Assembly (NCBI GenBank): GCA_963729625.1
Contig: CAVSOU010000008.1
Span: 384,001 to 448,000 of the forward strand
Direction of reading: 5' to 3'
Length of the DNA stretch: 64,000 nt
DNA from: an uncultured bacterium
GTDB taxonomy: Bacteria; Chloroflexota; UBA5177; JANWHV01
Below the pieces are notes generated by a model that was given only the letters and a program-made list of their open reading frames with translations, was not told where the DNA came from and did not search any database. The position numbers were made by a program, and so were the translations under genes. Positions 61,267 through 64,000 of this stretch are shown here, piece after piece. Each line of letters begins with the position of its first letter. The stretch's first letter is position 1.

Positions 61267-61542
61267 CCCAGGCCCTTCTGCTTTCCAAGCACGCAGGCGT
61301 ACCCCATCAATACATTGTATATACATCAGTGTGTAGCATAGTACAACATACCGGCGAGCAAACCGTGCACATGTGCTCAAAGCCGACACTGGCCCCCGCA
61401 CTCGGGCTGGGCGGATACGGCCACGCGATTATGCGCCCATCCACCCCATGTCAATCCGGTAACGCATGCGAACAGTGACGGCGTTTCCGGACGGCAGCGC
61501 CCTCAACGCATCGGCGGGCGGTCACCCAGGGGCAGCCAGCGC

Positions 61543-62427
61543 CTACTCGCCTGGATCGTCGCCCTCGCGGCCGCCACGAAGGAACTCCTCGATCTCGGAG
61601 ACGATAGCCTCAGCGTTGGGAAGCCCTTCGGCAGGCGCCTGCTTATCGTACTGTCGCTCGTAGCTGTAGACCTGCTGCTGGAGATCGGTATCCGACTCCA
61701 CCAGCCGATCCAGGAGATGGTCGACCTGGGTGGCCTGGTCGCGCAATTCCTGAAGGTCGAGATCGAGGTCCAGGAGCCCAAGCACGGTCTCGAGAAGAGC
61801 CAGTGTCGCGCGAGGATTCCAGCCGAGCTGCGCATAGGCGGGCACGTGTCCCCAGAAGCTCGCGGCTGGAATACGCTTGCCGCGGCACGCCTGCAGCAAC
61901 GCGGTGTGCACGCTGCTCGGGCCTTCGTAGTGGATGAGCGCCAACCCCAGATGCGCGAGCGCGCGCCGCAGTTCTCCCTGGGCGACGGCCATCGAGATGC
62001 GCGGCGGCCGCGTGTGCGGCACGGCGTCGAAGAGGCTGCCGAAGCTGTAAACAGCCTCCACCTCGCAGCGCCGCACCAGCTCCGTAATCGTAGCTGTATA
62101 CGTGGGCCAGCGGAGGCTGGGCTCCGCCGCCTCCAGGAGGAGGAGATCACGACCCGAGTCCCGTGGATTGCGCCACGCGTACAGTGTCGTGCCGGGGTAT
62201 TCCAGCGAGCGCAACACGCCACCCGTCAGCACCGCTCGCGGGCGCGTGCTTCCCAGATCATAGAAGTCATCGGACCGGATGCTGCCGACACGCGTGGCCG
62301 GCAAAGTATCGCGCAGGAAGCCAATCACGCGGCTCGACACTTCCATGGCGTCGCACCAGCCGGTAAAGGTCGCGAGGAGGACGGGGCGCCTGAGCTGCGG
62401 ATCGACGTCAAGAATGAGATCGCTCAT
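61543..62427 (-). CDS. PAC2-family (proteasome assembly chaperone-like) protein
   Basis: FTGWCDA, FYD..TRP, EP.LRW, VPHTRP, YEGP, W.HVP.Y, EIEEFLR. Confidence 0.9.
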   Translation of the reverse strand: MSDLILDVDPQLRRPVLLATFTGWCDAMEVSSRVIGFLRDTLPATRVGSIRSDDFYDLGSTRPRAVLTGGVLRSLEYPGTTLYAWRNPRDSGRDLLLLEAAEPSLRWPTYTATITELVRRCEVEAVYSFGSLFDAVPHTRPPRISMAVAQGELRRALAHLGLALIHYEGPSSVHTALLQACRGKRIPAASFWGHVPAYAQLGWNPRATLALLETVLGLLDLDLDLQELRDQATQVDHLLDRLVESDTDLQQQVYSYERQYDKQAPAEGLPNAEAIVSEIEEFLRGGREGDDPGE

Positions 62428-64000
62428 TCGGCAGCCGTGTTTGGCTCGGCCCAACGTCCGTGGGCGCGGATCAGGTCGATCAGCCGCTGATCGGCTTCCG
62501 ACTCGGGCACGCTCCGCTCCACGCACTCCTTGCCGACGTACAGGTTGACGTGGCCGGGGCTGCCGCCCATGTAGCCAAAGTCGGCGTCAGCCATCTCGCC
62601 CGGTCCGTTGACCACACAGCCCATCACGGCGATCTTCACGCCCTGCAGGTGCGACGTGCGCGTCTTGATGCGATCGGTGGTAGTCTGCAGGTCAAACAGG
62701 GTCCGTCCACACGAGGGGCAGGCGACGTAATCGGTCCGTGTCAGGCGTGCCCCCGCACCCTGCAGCAGATCGAATGCCAGCGGGACCGACGCCGCCTGCA
62801 CGACATCGCCGATCCCGTCGCACAGCAGCGAGCCGAGTGCCGCCGCGCCCGCGAGCATCGCGTCCCCGTCCGAGGGCGCCTGCAGCGCGATTGGGCAGCA
62901 CAGGCCCGTTGCGGCAAGCCATGCCGCCAGCAGGCGCGTGCCGCGCACGACTGCTACCGCCTCCGCCGCGCGCACGCCGGCGATCACGTTGGGTTGCCCG
63001 GCGGTCACACAGGCTCTGGCCAGCGCGGCCGTGGCGGCGATTGGCTCGCCGAGCGTGCCCTGCACATCAGCCTGCAGCCAGAGCGCCACGCCCCGCGCGG
63101 CGCTCTGGCGTGCCAGGTTCTCTACCGCCGCGCGGTCGACGCGCTCGTCACATACCAGCCGCACGGCCTGCACCAGACCCAGGGCCTCCAGAAGCAGATC
63201 GATCCGCCTGGAGGCAGCAATCAGCGCGCGCGGAGCCGGCCCCTCGCCCTTCCAGGAAAGCTCCTCCAGCCGCGCCAGGTCCCCGTTATCCGCCAGGTCC
63301 CAGATCAGCAGCTCGGGCCGCTGTGCCTTCAGGCCACGCGTGCTCGCATCGGGCAGCGCAGGCGCGTTCTGGACGGGCACCAGTCCGGCAACGGCAACCG
63401 GTGCGTCGCCGCCGGCGGTCGCGGCGCCGAGATGGATGGGCAGCGAGCTACGCCGCTGGTAGTGAAAGGGATCGTAGGGCAGCCCGGGATCCGCATCGGC
63501 CTCCCTCCACGGCGAGCCGTCAACGCCGCCTACCGCGGCAAACGGCTGGGCGCAGAGCGTGACGATCTGCCGTGCCACCGGGATCTCTGCCTCCGGCTCC
63601 TCGGCCAGCGAGACACGAATGGTATCGCCCAATCCGTCAAGCAGCAGGCTGCCAATGCCGGTAGCGGACTTGATGCGCGCATCATCGCCGTTTCCAGCCT
63701 CCGTCACACCCAGATGGAGCGGATAGTCCATGCCCTCGGCGTCCATACGCGCTACCAGGAGGCGATAGGCGGCGACCATCACTTTTGGGTTCGACGCCTT
63801 CATGGACAGAATGATCTGGTGGAAATCCAGTCGCTCGCAGATACGCACGAACTCCAGGGCCGACTCGACCATGCCCTCGGGTGTATCGCCGAAGCGATTC
63901 ATCACGCGATCGCTCAGCGATCCGTGATTGGTGCCGATGCGCAGCGCCACGCCGCGCTCCTTGCAGGCCAGGACGACCGGAGTAAAGCGTGCCGCCACGC
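62424..64000 (-). CDS. ispG: HMBPP synthase, long form with insert domain (5' end outside window)
   Basis: RIGTNHGSLS, YPLHLGVTEAG, GDTIRVSL, CPSCGRT, MGCVVNGPGE. Confidence 0.96.
   Translation of the reverse strand, partial: VAARFTPVVLACKERGVALRIGTNHGSLSDRVMNRFGDTPEGMVESALEFVRICERLDFHQIILSMKASNPKVMVAAYRLLVARMDAEGMDYPLHLGVTEAGNGDDARIKSATGIGSLLLDGLGDTIRVSLAEEPEAEIPVARQIVTLCAQPFAAVGGVDGSPWREADADPGLPYDPFHYQRRSSLPIHLGAATAGGDAPVAVAGLVPVQNAPALPDASTRGLKAQRPELLIWDLADNGDLARLEELSWKGEGPAPRALIAASRRIDLLLEALGLVQAVRLVCDERVDRAAVENLARQSAARGVALWLQADVQGTLGEPIAATAALARACVTAGQPNVIAGVRAAEAVAVVRGTRLLAAWLAATGLCCPIALQAPSDGDAMLAGAAALGSLLCDGIGDVVQAASVPLAFDLLQGAGARLTRTDYVACPSCGRTLFDLQTTTDRIKTRTSHLQGVKIAVMGCVVNGPGEMADADFGYMGGSPGHVNLYVGKECVERSVPESEADQRLIDLIRAHGRWAEPNTAAE

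Overview
High-GC bacterial chromosomal window, most likely Chloroflexota (inferred from gene content, not proven). Core genes include tig-clpP-clpX, tRNA-Leu(TAG), ppk1, rho, cysS-rlmB, purB and ispG. (1) A ~19 kb defence island (13.6-32.4 kb) encodes a restriction-like/BREX-related system: DUF1156 adenine methylase, Swt1-HEPN/DUF499 ATPase and SNF2 helicase-DUF3883 nuclease. The 9 kb between methylase and ATPase looks like a tandem stack of cargo cassettes. Each cassette is bracketed by the methylase 3' end and the DUF499 5' start (the real gene ends at the outer edges, diverged relic copies inside). Cargo includes a degenerate HAD-PRTase-like fusion, an ABC ATPase plus TOPRIM-like pair, hipBA and a mazF relic. 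No integrase is visible. (2) A probable replication origin at ~54.1-54.5 kb has TTATCCCCA-type DnaA boxes and a box-GGCC-DnaA-trio unwinding module, but no dnaA in the window. A parS site and a RacA-like HTH/coiled-coil/amphipathic-tail gene lie within 3 kb. The window also has four intact type II TA modules, a decayed glpX, and frameshifts in a GH15 gene and in rlmB. All family assignments come from motif recognition by eye; no database search was run.
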